Shown: in pieces, positions 50,461-63,500 of the stretch | How positions within the stretch are numbered: position 1 is the stretch's first letter | Layout: each line of letters begins with the position of its first letter | Source: Octopus sinensis | Taxonomy: Eukaryota | Length of the DNA: 64,000 bases | NCBI RefSeq assembly: GCF_006345805.1 | Contig: NC_043007.1 | Location: 44,640,001 to 44,704,000, forward strand | Direction of reading: 5' to 3' | Made by a program: the position numbers and the translations under genes | The notes under the pieces: generated by a model | What the model saw: the letters and a program-made list of their open reading frames with translations, nothing else | Told to the model about the DNA's origin: nothing | The model's database searches: none

Positions 50461-50961
50461 TAAAGTCAGATATGCTTTGAATGCACCTTGTATGTCCCAA
50501 AGTGACTGTCTATAACATACCCAAGATACGAATAGAATTGTAATAAAAGAAACCTTCTTAGGAGAGGGAGTGGCACCTTGTATCAAGACTGTATGTAGTT
50601 CCTACAACACCCAGTGATAGAAATGGTGGGGTATGAGAAATCAGGGGTATGTTATTGCCCTACTTTACACCTCATGGAAAGAATTGGCTTATGATATATA
50701 ATTCCACCTTCTCAAGGTGGGAATTAAAACTGCTGGTGCTTAGAATACCACTAGTTCCTAATACTCACTCCCACCATCGGTCCTACCCTTTCATGCATGG
50801 TGCTTCACATTTTGTGCTCAAAGTTTGTCGACCTCACCTTTCATTCATCTGAGATAAATAGGTGAAGCGACATAAATACTTATAAAAAGCAGAAAAAGAG
50901 GGTGTGGAATGTGTGTGTATGTGTGTAAGTATATACATGTACATATATGTTTGTATATATA

Positions 50962-51792
50962 CGTGGTCTGATCAATAAATATTAAAGCTAAAGCACACAG
51001 AGTGAAGCTGCTTGGCACAGATTAACTTTGTACTCTGCTGTGCATGCACACTAAGTGTCAACGTTCTAGTTCACTTCTACTGTTTACAGCAGTGCTTGGA
51101 AGGAAGGTGTACAGCGTGAGATCGTTACATTGACTATGACAGAGGAAGCTGAGCAAAGAATCTGCATCAAATTTTTCCGAAGGCTTGGCGATACCTGTTC
51201 AGAAGCCTATGCAAAGTTTTCAAAAAGTTTTTATCATTCTTGACACAATCAAGGAGATCTTGTGCAACTGAAACCCGAGTTGAAAGCAGTTTTGACACAA
51301 ACTTGGCAGACACACATCTCATACACAAATCTTCAGTGATAATTGACTGAACTGATCCGTAACTAATCTGCACATTCTTTGATAACTCACGCATGGTGAT
51401 TTGACGATTTCCCCTCACAGCTGCACGCATCTGTGATGTTTTTCTCAGTTTTGTCGGTTGCGGTTCTCCCAGAACATTCGTCAATATCGACATTTTTTCG
51501 GCCACCCTTGGAAACGTCTGAACCACTAGCAAATTTGTGTACATCTCATACACTTCTCTCCATACACTTACTGCAACTTTGCGTAGGCCTCTGAGCCATG
51601 GTCAATATGATGATCAAATGCTACACACGTTCCTTTTAAGCACTGCTGTAAACAGTGGAAGTGAGCTAGAATGTTAAAACTTAGTGCGCATACACAACTG
51701 AGTTCAAGGTCAATCTTTGCCAAGCAGCTTCACTCTGCGTGCTTTAGCTTTGCGACAATGGCAACAGTCTGAATACTGATTGATCAGACACG
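50962..51792. mobile_element. mariner derivative built from two inward-facing 5' ends
   Basis: TIRs CGTGGTCTGATCAAT / ATTGATCAGACACG; arms 50985-51220 and 51570-51745 are inverted copies; minus ORF 51167..51553 (RQITMREL...SAKFVSKLL...FLKT). Confidence 0.8.
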
Positions 51793-51819
51793 CACGCACG
51801 CACACGCAACACACACACA

Positions 51820-54552
51820 CGTCACACCCCGTGGCTTCCTCTTGAAGTTTCACGCCACCCCCTATTCCTCCCTCTTCATCGAACCCACCCTCGCCCGAAC
51901 CTCCCGCCTCCTCATCCGTGCTACCATCCGTTCCACCCGCTTTCTCCTCCACTCCTTTGACCACCTACTTCCCCAAGCTTACCTTCTTCTCTCCTCCCTC
52001 TGCCCTCCACTCTTCACCCAACCTATTCTCCGCTTCATTCTTAATCTCAACCACCAGCTTCATAATTTCCTCACACACACAAAAAACAAAAAAACTCCAC
52101 CACCTCCTCAACCCTTCACCTCCTTCCCCTCCCCTCTCCTCCACATCCTCCACTTCCTCCCCTCCAGCTCCCCCGACTCTCTCCACCCCTTCCCCCTTCC
52201 CCCTCCCCTCCCCTCCCCTCCCCTTCCCCCTCCACGGACCAACTCACACCCCAACCTGACCTTTCTACGCCTACCCCCACTTCACCTAACCAGCCCCACT
52301 CTCCTCCCCACACCTCTGCACCCCCTCTTCCCGACCCCACTCATCCCACCACCCCGCTTCCTCGCACTGTTGTCACTATACCCCCAATCTCCCCCTCTCC
52401 GCAGCCGAGCGCTCTCTCCTCAGTAAGGGACTCCGCTTCACGCCTCTCACGCGTCACTGTGACGAATTCGAGACTCGGACGGACGTCAACCAGTTCCTGC
52501 GCCGCCTCAAACTTTGCGCCTTCTACCACGCGTTTCCGCAGCGTCACGACAATCAGGATTGTTTTTGGAGCTGGGGCGCCGCCCATCCAACTGGACGCCG
52601 CCCCCGGGCCAATTCAGTAGCCTAGACTCGTTTGTGAACGACTGCAACGCGTTGGTAAACCGGTTTAATTTTATAAAAAGACCTCTCCAAGACAACCTCA
52701 CACAGGCTGAATTGGTTGCCCTTCGCCACCTCCGTCGCCGCAATGACATTGTCATCAAACCGGCGGACAAAGGCGGAGCAGTGGTGGTGTGGGGCGCGGA
52801 TCTCTACAGGGAGGAAGCGCTCAGCCAGCTTCAAAATCCCCTCTTCTATCGCCTCCTCCCCTCTGATCCCACCTCTTCCTACCAACAGCGAGTGTCCTCC
52901 ACTATCCGCGAACTCATCTCCTCTTCTGCTCTCCCCCCCACCGCCACCAACCTCATCGTCCGCACACCCCGCACCTCCACCATCTATTTCCTTCCCAAAA
53001 TTCATAAGCCCAATACCCCTGGCCGCCCCATTGTTTCCGCCTGTAATTGCCCTACTGAACACATTTCCCTATACCTCGACCGCATCCTGTCCCCTTTAGT
53101 CAAAGCCCTCCCTTCCCACATACATGATACCAACCACGCCCTCCGTCTCTTCAATTCCTTTTCCTTCCCTTCCAGCCCTTCACACCTCCTCTTCACCCTT
53201 GACATCACATCACTGTATACGGTAATTCCCCACAACGACGGTCTCCTAGCTCTCCAACACTTCCTCGACCGTCGCCCCGACCCCACCCCTAGCACCCCCA
53301 CCCTCCTCCGCCTGGCAGAGCTCGTCCTAACCCTCAACTGTTTCACGTTCGCCGGGGAAACGTACCAACAGCTGTCCGGGGTCACGATGGGAACGAGAAC
53401 GGGTCCCAATTTCGCCAATCTCTTTGTTGGCTACATTGAGGCCCAAATATTCTCCCAATTCTCCGGGCCAACCCCAGAACTATACGGTCGTTACATAGAC
53501 GACTGTATAGGCGCCACTTCCCTTTCCCGCGAACAACTCTGCCACTTCATCTCTTTCCTCTCTAACTTCCACCCCTCTCTACAATTCACTTCCACCATAT
53601 CCAATACTTCCGTTAACTTCCTTGATATCTCACTCAGCATCGACCACCCCTCCCACTCTCTCACCACCTCCGCCTTCTTCAAACCCACGGATTCCCACCT
53701 CTATCTCAACTTCTCCTCCTCCCATCCATTCCACACCAAACGGGCTATCCCCTACTCCCAGTTCCTCCGCCTCCGACGCTTGTGCAGCCGCGACCAGGAT
53801 TTCGAGACCCAGTCTCAATACCTGGCCCACCTGTTCAGGCTTCGAGGATACCCACCTACCCTGGTCTTGAACGCCCTCGCCCGCGCTCGTCGCATCGACC
53901 GCACCACCGCCCTTTCTCCTTCCAATCACCCCCCAACTGCACCCCCTTTCCCCTCATTTTCCACCCCTCTACTCTACCCCTTCGTCGGAAGATACTTCGT
54001 GCCTTCCGTCGTCTCCAGCTCGATTCCACGACCCACCCCATTTTCCCCAACCCACCCCTATCCTCCTTCAAACGAGCCCGGAATCTACGCGACCTCCTGG
54101 TCCGTAGCACCCTCCCTTCTTCCCCCTCGGCCCCACTCGGATCCTTCCCATGCTCCAGATCCCGCTGCAACACCTGCCCCTTCATCACCAACACCACTGC
54201 TGTCACCGGTTCCAACCGGCGAACTGTACGTATCAGGTATTCCTTTACGTGCACCTCGTCTGGACTCATATACTGCATTAAATGCAACCGCTGCAGGATG
54301 CTGTATATAGGACAGACGGGACGCCGGTTGTCAGACCGATTCGCCGAGCATCTACGGGATGTTCGTCTACTTTCCAATTCTCCCGTCGCACGGCACTTCC
54401 GCTTGGCCAGCCATTCCCCCGATGACATCTCGGTGTTTGGTCTTGCCCCACACAACGGCTCTCCCCAATCTAGGCTTCACTTGGAGCAACGGTTCATATT
54501 CCTTCTACGGACTCTAACCCCACACGGACTCAACACAGCCCCCTCCTCTTAG
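51820..54552 (+). CDS. PLE polyprotein: reverse transcriptase and GIY-YIG endonuclease (frameshifted as given)
   Basis: LLSKGLRFTP; VIKPADKGGAVVV; YFLPKIHK; GRPIVS; LDITSLYT; GVTMG; RYIDD; NFLD; FPCSRSRCNTCPFI (Neptune-like CxxxxCxxC linker); LIYCIKC..C..LYIGQTGRRLSDRFAEH. Confidence 0.9.
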
Positions 54553-54659
54553 TGACTGCGCTCCACTTCCCCCCGCATCTTTTATTTTTTATTTATTATT
54601 TTTTGTTTATTATTTATTATTTGTTTCTTATTTTTTAAATTTTTATAATTGTCCTTATG

Positions 54660-56815
54660 CAGTCACACACACACACACACATACTCACGTACCCACGAAC
54701 ACACCTACTCCCAACACACCACACACACACAACGTACATGCACATGTACGCACACATACTTCCACACTCATACACACACCCACACACCCACACACACCCA
54801 CGCGCACACACACATGCCCGTGCACACACACCAGGGACAATACTCATACAGATACGCACACTCCTATAAACACCTAGCTGGGACGCACAGATACACGCAC
54901 GTAAGCGCAAACACGCACATGTACCTTACGCCCACACAACTCCAAACCCCCACACGTATACATTCACACACACACATACATACGTACACACACATAATAC
55001 ATACATAGATACATTCATACTTACATACATACATACATACATACATTCATACATACATACATACATACATACATTCATACATACATACACACACACATAC
55101 ATACACACACATACATACATACACACATACATACACACACATACAGATATGCACACATATATACACTCACACATACACACACACATACATACATGCACAC
55201 ACATACATATACATACACACATACATACACACACACATACCCACACACACACGCACGCACACATACATACACACACATACATACATGCATACATACACAC
55301 ACATACATACATACATACACACACATACACACACACATATACATACACACATACACACACATACATACATATATACACACACATGCACGCACACATACAT
55401 ACGCACATACATACACACACTTACATACATACATACATACACACACATACATACACACACATACACACATACATACACACATACATACATAGACACATAT
55501 ATACATACACACACACATACATATACATACATACATACAGACACACACATGCACACATACACGCATGCACACATACATACATACACATACTATACACACA
55601 TACATACATACACACACGCGTACATATACATACATACATGCACATACACATACACACACACTTACACACATACACCCGTACATACATACACACACACTTA
55701 CATACAGACACATACATACACACTTACACACATACGCACACACATACATGCACACACGCATACACACATATATACACACATACATACACACATACATACA
55801 TACATACATACACACACACATACACATACACACACACGCACGCAAACATACATACATACACACACATACACATACACACACACGTACATACATACATACA
55901 TACACCATACATACATACACACCCATACACACACACATACACACACATACATACATACATACATACATACGCACATACATACACACACATATACATACAT
56001 ACACACACACATATATATACATACATACACACACACATACATACACTACATACATAAATACATACATACATACACACACATACATAAACATACATATGTA
56101 CACACCCGCACATACACACATACACGCATGAAAAAATACATACATACACACATACGTACATACATACATACATACACACACACTTACACACACACACATA
56201 CATACATACGTACGTACATACATACATACACACACATACATACACACATACACACACACATACACACATACATACATACACACACGCATACGTACACACA
56301 TACACACACACATACACACATACATACACACACGCATACATATACATACATACACATACACACACATACACACATACACACACACACACATATAAACACA
56401 CATATAAGCCCCTACATTGTACACACACGCACACATATATACACACACACGCACACACACACATTTACATATATATATACTATACACTCACACACACATA
56501 CACACGTACAAACACACACAAACTCACATACACACCGACAGATATACATACACAATATACAGCTATCCGTGCACGCACACATACACACAAACACATACAA
56601 ACGCACACATACACGCACACACATACACGTACATACATACACTCTCACACAAATAAACCTACATATACATCCCTACACACACACACGCACATACAAGCAC
56701 ACACGTACTAGGTTAAACAGTTACTCTCCACACACCCACACTCTATGCATACACACACGAACACACACATGCACACACACACACACACTACAAACAACAC
56801 ACACACATGATACAT
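54660..56815. repeat. 2.2-kb compound (CA)/(TA)/(CATA) microsatellite
   Basis: Seen directly; source of the HTHT/VCVC ORFs. Confidence 0.95.
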
Positions 56816-56982
56816 ATAGCCCTTTGTTTTTTTGACCCGGCTTTGACCTGGCTTGACACAAACAGCTAGTAGTCATCACGACAGCTGGCTTTGTCATTGC
56901 CTTTATTCACCAAAAATACACACACACACACACACGCACGCACAAACACACTTGCCATCTTGCACACACACACAGACACACA

Positions 56983-57014
<32 letters not shown>

Positions 57015-57162
57015 GCATTCCTTTTTTTGGAACTCTCTTGCATTATAAAACCATATTTCAACTACCTTCAAATTCTGTTCTTTCAACATGTGATCTCTTA
57101 AGCACCACCAGCTCAAATAATTTCTCCTCTGTCTTCCCTCCTTGGGATCTTTCCTTCTCCTT

Positions 57163-57196
57163 GTTTCCGACGAAGAGCTCCGCTCGAAACGTTAAA
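57163..57196 (+). ncRNA. Minimal hammerhead with U4C core variant
   Basis: gttt-CCGACGA-A-GAGC(TCC)GCTC-GAAAC-GTT^aaac. Confidence 0.7.
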
Positions 57197-57343
57197 CCCT
57201 CCTTCCCTTCTTTCCTGAGCGTCAATAATACTTAATTGTTCCACGTCCTGCGTTGCTGTGGTTTTTTCCCTTTTTTTTCTCTTTTTTTTCTGTTTTCTGT
57301 TTGGATAACTATATATATATATATATTATATATATATATATAT

Positions 57344-57383
<40 letters not shown>

Positions 57384-57417
57384 ATTCTCTAAACGAGATT
57401 TAGACAGTAACTGCTCC

Positions 57418-57704
57418 ATAACATAAGGGACATTAGCCATTTGAATGTGGCTAGGGACAGGGCAGGGCGGTGGGGGTGTTACTGATGCATTTAGCCCCAG
57501 GCGATTATCAACGTCACCAGATAGGCTGACACCATCACGGTGTCCTCTATCCTGCAAAGGGCTCCCTTTGCAGGATAGAGGACACCGTGATGGTGTCAGC
57601 CTATCTGGTGACGTTGATAATCGCCTGGGGCTAAATGCATCAGTAACACCCCCACCGCCCTGCCCTGTCCCTAGCCACATTCAAATGGCTAATGTCCCTT
57701 ATGT

Positions 57705-57707
<3 letters not shown>
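57418..57707. repeat. Perfect 290-bp palindrome (144-bp arms, 2-nt CT loop); probable fold-back MITE
   Basis: The arms are exact reverse complements; ORFs 57309..57680(-) and 57445..57792(+) give the same peptide apart from the loop codon. Confidence 0.95.
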
Positions 57708-57743
<36 letters not shown>

Positions 57744-57884
57744 AATATATATACGATGGGCTTCTTTCAGTTTCCGTCTACCTAATTCATAAGGCTTTGG
57801 TTAACTTGAGGCCATAATAGAAGACAGTTGCCCAAGGTACCACTCAGCAGGACTGAACCTAATACCATGTGGTTTGGAAGCAAA

Positions 57885-57973
<89 letters not shown>

Positions 57974-57974
<1 letters not shown>

Positions 57975-58224
57975 TTGCCAACGTAAATTGGTAGTCCTGA
58001 TTAGGATGATGTTACTACCTTTTTTAGCCCCAGGAAAACATCTGTTCAAACTGGCTACAGATGTACAACTGCGAACCGTTTAAGGCTGAGTGGGGACATT
58101 AGCTTCCTTGTTTGAGGTATTACAATGCAGGTGTGCATCGTTAGCCGGCTGGAAAAGATGTTTTCCTGTGGCTAAAAAGGGTAGTAACATCGTCCTAATC
58201 CTGACTGCCATTTACGTTGTCAAA
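57974..58224. mobile_element. Fold-back MITE with about 70-bp imperfect inverted arms (TTTGCCAACG...), TA-flanked
   Basis: tttgccaacgtaaattggtagtc...gaaaacatct versus agatgttttcc...gactgccatttacgttgtcaaa. Confidence 0.8.
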
Positions 58225-58296
58225 TATATTTTACTCTGTAGTAGTGTTTACTACTTACTTCTTGCCCAGAGATTTAAGACTTTATATATATGTATG

Positions 58297-58352
<56 letters not shown>

Positions 58353-58431
58353 ATATATATATAATATATATATATATATATGAAAAAACAAGTCAAAAAT
58401 AGAAAACTAAGATAATTTTATAGTGAATCTT

Positions 58432-58472
58432 TCAGTACCGGTTTCGGTCATTTTGAGACCTTTTTCAACTGT
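58432..58472 (-). ncRNA. Minimal hammerhead with U3-A8 core and palindromic stem III
   Basis: cag-TTGAAAA-A-GGTC(TCAAAAT)GACC-GAAAC-CG-GTA^ctg, inside a pLTR-like fragment at about 58385-58520. Confidence 0.55.
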
Positions 58473-58805
58473 AACGATTAAATAATTAAATTTAGAAAAA
58501 TTAGAAGAAAAGTTTTTTTAAAAAAAGAATATTTCTATAGTAGTGTTCAGATATAAGTAGCATTCTGCCTTTCTCTGACTCCCTTGTTTGCACTTGTGTG
58601 TTCAGGGTCGTTGTGAGTTCTTGGTAGGGTAGGTGAAGAATAAGGAGGCTGATGTGGAGATATATATATACATATATACATATATACATACACACATATA
58701 CATATATATATATATATATGTAGGTCCCGGGTTGATTCGGGGTTAACCACAGTAAATAAGGTACTCAATACATAGCAGAGTAAAATTAATTTATTATATA
58801 GAAGG

Positions 58806-58856
58806 AGCTTCTACAGGACTAGAACTGTTTCATTCAAGAGAAATCTTCAGGAAGCT
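58806..58856 (-). ncRNA. Type-I hammerhead (sense to the PLE ORF)
   Basis: agcttc-CTGAAGA-TTTC(TCTT)GAAT-GAAACAG(TTCTAGTC)CTGTA^gaagct. Confidence 0.75.
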
Positions 58857-59109
58857 AGTTAACAAGAATTGTATTGGCATTTATACATTTAGGCAGGTTT
58901 AACGGGGGACTTTTTTGGGGGTAGGCATAGCGCAAAATATCATACTTGGGGGAGTGGTCAAGGAGTCAGTGTTAAATTAGATAGAAGAATAAATAAAAAA
59001 ATAAAAAAATAAGAAAATAAAAAAATAAAAAAACCTATATATAAAAAAAACTATATATAAAAAAAGGGGGAATAGAGTTTTAGGTAAATAAGGAGATTCT
59101 CACTTATAC

Positions 59110-59913
59110 CTATGCACACATGTATACATACATACACACACATACAAACATATATACATATACATACACACATACATACACACACATATATATACATATA
59201 TATACACTTACACGTACACATACATATACATATCTACACATACACATATATGTATACATACACACACTCACATGCATACACGTATACACACATGTATATA
59301 TACACACACGACCTCACATACATATACGCACAGAAAAATATATATACACATACACACACATACTCACATACACGCATACACACACATATCCACACACACA
59401 CATGCACCACAGCACACTAGTCCCTATATACACATATATACACATACACCACATATACACACACATACATACATATACATACATGTATACATATACATAT
59501 TGTACCTATGCATACCTACACAACACACATATATATACCATACAAATACAGACCCATTCCCTAATTTTAATTTTATTATCTTCGTTTATTACTTTTGTTA
59601 TCTTTGGCCGCTTGGTCACAAACATCTTGGCTATGACAGCCAGTCCATTTATCTGTCTACTGGAAAACAAGCACTCATTCACTCACGCACACTCTTTAGC
59701 ACGTACTCTCACTCATTCGTACACTCATACACATACACGCACGCACGCGTTATATTCATACATACATCCATCTACATACATTCACTATATACACATACGT
59801 ACGCGTACCTACAGATTTATGTCTACACTCTTAGAAGGCTAGTCTATATATATACACCAATAATATAAAATACACACACATACATATACACCTACATACA
59901 AATACATACATGT

Positions 59914-59967
<54 letters not shown>

Positions 59968-61126
59968 CACATATATACATACACATATATACACACACAC
60001 ACTATACACACACATACGCATACACACACACATATACATATATATACACTACACGCACATACACATGTACATGCGGACCCATACACACACACACACCGCG
60101 CGCGCATCATATATACACATAAGTACACACATGCGTAAAAGTATACATATATCTATGTTACACATACACACACACACACGCGCCTCCTTATATTCATACT
60201 TACATGCATACTCAAAAAATAAGTAAATAGTAAATATATATACGCGCAGTTATTCGTACATGCATACTCAAAAATAAATAATAAATATTAAGTATATGTA
60301 CGTGCAGTTACCTATTATATAGACGGATACATACATATAAACTTACACACATATATATATATATATATACATATACATACATAATACACATACACATACC
60401 TACATAATATACATACATATATATATACACACACACACATACACATACATATATACATATATATACATACTTACACACATGTACATATAAATACACACAT
60501 AGTAACTCTACGTACCTACATATGCATAAACACACGAGCGTACGCGCATATGTACATATACACTACACATACACACGCATATATATACATACATACATAC
60601 ACATACACACATGTATACACACACACACAATATATATATATATTATATATATATATATACACATACATACTACACATATATATAACATATATATATATAT
60701 ACATATACATATACATATATACATATATATATATATACACACACATACATACACATATATATACACACACCCAACATACATACAACACCATACATACACA
60801 TATACATACATATACACACACATATACCATATACATATACATATACCATACACACACATACATACATGTGTGCAAACATACATACATTCTCATACAAGCA
60901 GACACACTTACATTACATATATACACACACTTACACACATATATACATACACATATACATACATACATACATACATACGTATATGCATACATACCCACAC
61001 ACACATACATATATATATATATACATACATACATACACATACACATACCCATACATATAATCACACATATATACATATACACATGCACATACTTATATCT
61101 CTACATACTCGCATATACATATATAC

Positions 61127-61167
<41 letters not shown>

Positions 61168-61451
61168 CTATACACACACATACATTACCTATATACATGT
61201 ATATATACACACACACACATATATACACATCTACAATTTGTATCTACACTCACATACCTGCACATACACATAACTCTATACCTACATATACATCGACATA
61301 CTCGCGTACACTCATATATATACACATATATACATACACACACACACATACATATACATATACATATACATACATATGCATATATAAAATAAATAAAGAG
61401 AGTGGTCATATATGGCTATATTATATATATATATATATTATATATACACAC

Positions 61452-61488
<37 letters not shown>

Positions 61489-61870
61489 CATATACATACA
61501 TACATACACACACATATACATACAAGTACATATACACATACACCCACATATATACACACACAATACATATATCAACAATTGAGGGTAAAGTTAATTAGTT
61601 ATTAATCAATTTCACCAAGTATCAGTATGTAAAAAGACCATTATTTTTATGAGTAACAATGTCTGAGGGAAAATTCTCTAAGTAGTGGAAGAGGCTAAAA
61701 AACTTTTTTGGCTGCTATTTCTAGAAAGTTCAGCATGCGGCAAAGCAATCCATTTCACTAAGCCCTAATTATATAATATTTTAATACATACATACACATA
61801 CATACAACACATACATATACACATACATATGCATACACACATGATACACATATACAAGCGTGCACATACA
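59110..61870. repeat. About 2.7-kb compound (CA)/(TA) microsatellite with short unique interruptions
   Basis: Seen directly. Confidence 0.9.
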
Positions 61871-61977
61871 ATATGTGAGAGGTCTTAGGAGAAAAGGTAA
61901 TCGGGTGTGCTAGGGGAACGGTGGGTTTGGGGGGGTTTTTGTGGGTGGGGTGTCATCAATCTGGTTGCCGGGTAGGT

Positions 61978-63030
61978 CTATAGTTTCTTGTAGTTCGCAT
62001 ACTTCTTATGCATACAATTTGGGGAGTGTTCTGAGATTTTGTTAAGGAGAGGGCCTTTGGCGAACAAGATCTCTAGCCTCTCCGATATGCAGAGGTCACA
62101 GCAGGTATGGCCTCCTGTGTACGAGCGCGCCTTCTGTAGTAGTTTCCACTTGGTCTTGAAGGGGATGGAGTTCCTTTTAAGGTACCAGATGTGGGCGGCG
62201 AGGGTAGTTTGGTTGGATTTATCCTGTCGCCGAACGAGTGTGTGTGTGCGTACCAACGGGTCTTAAAGCTGTTTGACGTCATTCCTATGTAGGATTTTCT
62301 TTTATCGTCAGGGCCTGATCTTACCTCGCAGGTATATACTAGGTCCCTCTGTAGGCAGTTGTTGTTGAGGGGGCGGGTGGTTTTATCAGGGCAGTTGCAA
62401 TTGCTATCGGACGTTGGATGGGCCTCGGAAAAAGTAGATATGTTAAGTTTTTTCACATTGTTGTTGGCTAGGTTCCTGGCTAGATTGGGCGTGGTAGAGT
62501 AGGAGAGTCTAATAGTGTTCTTATTTAGGATAGTGTGTACTTATGTTGGGTGGGGAAGTGCTTCTGTAGGAGAGTGAAGAAGATTTTTGCTACAGGTGTA
62601 GCGACCTCACGGTTGAAGGGGGGGGGGTTGTACCAGCTAATGTGTCTTCGTCTATTTTTCCTGGGTTGGCGTGGGGCTATACTAGTATAGGTAATCTTAT
62701 CTTTGAAGCCACTGAGGGCCAGGGCCTCGTTGTAATAGGGGGCTGCGGCCTTAAAAATATCTTCCGTGGCGGACAGGCTAGAAATTCTAATTGAGACACT
62801 TTTTACTAGGTTATCTAATATATTTTTTGGGGTGGTTGGAATTAATATCTATATATTTAAGGGATTCATTCGGTTTGTGGTACGGGTAATAAAGTGAGGT
62901 TTTTAAGTCGAGGGTGACATCAAGGAAGTTAGCTTTAGTTAAATTGGATTCTAAGGTAATCCTAAGGCCTAAGTTTTTAAAGAAGGTGTAAAGGTTCTTC
63001 CGGAACCCATCCGTGGTCCTGGGGTTTATT
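61978..63030 (-). pseudogene. PLE RT C-terminus plus GIY-YIG fragment (frameshifted)
   Basis: KANFLDVTLDL...YHKPNE...NSNHP...WYNPP...KHFP...NKNTIRLSYS...CNCPD...CL...LVYTCEV...YIGMTSNSFKTRWYAH...CDLCISERLEI...LNK. Confidence 0.9.
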
Positions 63031-63055
63031 TATGCCAATACAATTCTTGTTAACT

Positions 63056-63106
63056 AGCTTCCTGAAGATTTCTCTTGAATGAAACAGTTCTAGTCCTGTA
63101 GAAGCT
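63056..63106 (+). ncRNA. Type-I hammerhead (antisense to the PLE ORF), identical to 58806-58856
   Basis: Exact inverted copy; stem I 6 bp, stem III 4 bp, GUA cleavage triplet. Confidence 0.75.
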
Positions 63107-63157
63107 CCTTCTATATAATAAATTAATATATATATATATATATATATAATATATATA

Positions 63158-63188
<31 letters not shown>

Positions 63189-63194
63189 GATATA

Positions 63195-63226
<32 letters not shown>

Positions 63227-63256
63227 TATATACATACACACACACACACACACACA

Positions 63257-63310
<54 letters not shown>

Positions 63311-63314
63311 CACA

Positions 63315-63500
63315 TATGTGGAAATTCTGTCCGTGAGTTTGTCTGTGGAGTTGTAAGTTAACTCCTCCAACATCGTTTTATCGATTTTGATGAACTTGAC
63401 ACGTGAGTCGAACTCATGTCTGGAAACCTCATAGTATACTCAGATTGTCGAAAAAAATCGATAATAATACCCCTGGAGGGGATCCTTATATATATCTAAT
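63315..63500 (+). mobile_element. Helentron/HINE-like element (tentative)
   Basis: CTGTCCGT..TTTGTCTG start, ATCGATTTTGATGAAC core, GC-rich CCCCTGGAGGGG end. Confidence 0.35.

Larger units (their letters stand above)
51820..57309 (+). mobile_element. Near full-length Neptune-type Penelope-like element
   Basis: RT plus Cys linker plus GIY-YIG ORF to 54552; 2.2-kb CA/TA tract; 3' pLTR with hammerhead at 57163-57196; ends at (TA)n. Confidence 0.92.
58720..63127 (-). mobile_element. 5'-truncated PLE (CNC-linker type) with 3' pLTR and inverted 5' pLTR fragment
   Basis: Coding remnant 61978-63030; perfect 96-bp inverted repeat 58785-58880 / 63032-63127; (TA)n on both flanks; about 2.7 kb of compound microsatellite inside. 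Confidence 0.85.

Noticed and set aside
53936-54552. Selenoprotein (Naiad-type) PLE hypothesis
   Set aside because: All cysteine motifs use normal Cys codons; there is no in-frame TGA in the linker or endonuclease.
57309-57792. Two matching ORFs on opposite strands as a bidirectional gene
   Set aside because: A trivial consequence of the perfect palindrome.
54635-61605. Long ORFs of up to 516 aa (HTHT, VCVC, YIYI), here and throughout the window
   Set aside because: They are stop-free translations of dinucleotide and tetranucleotide microsatellites, with no domain signal.
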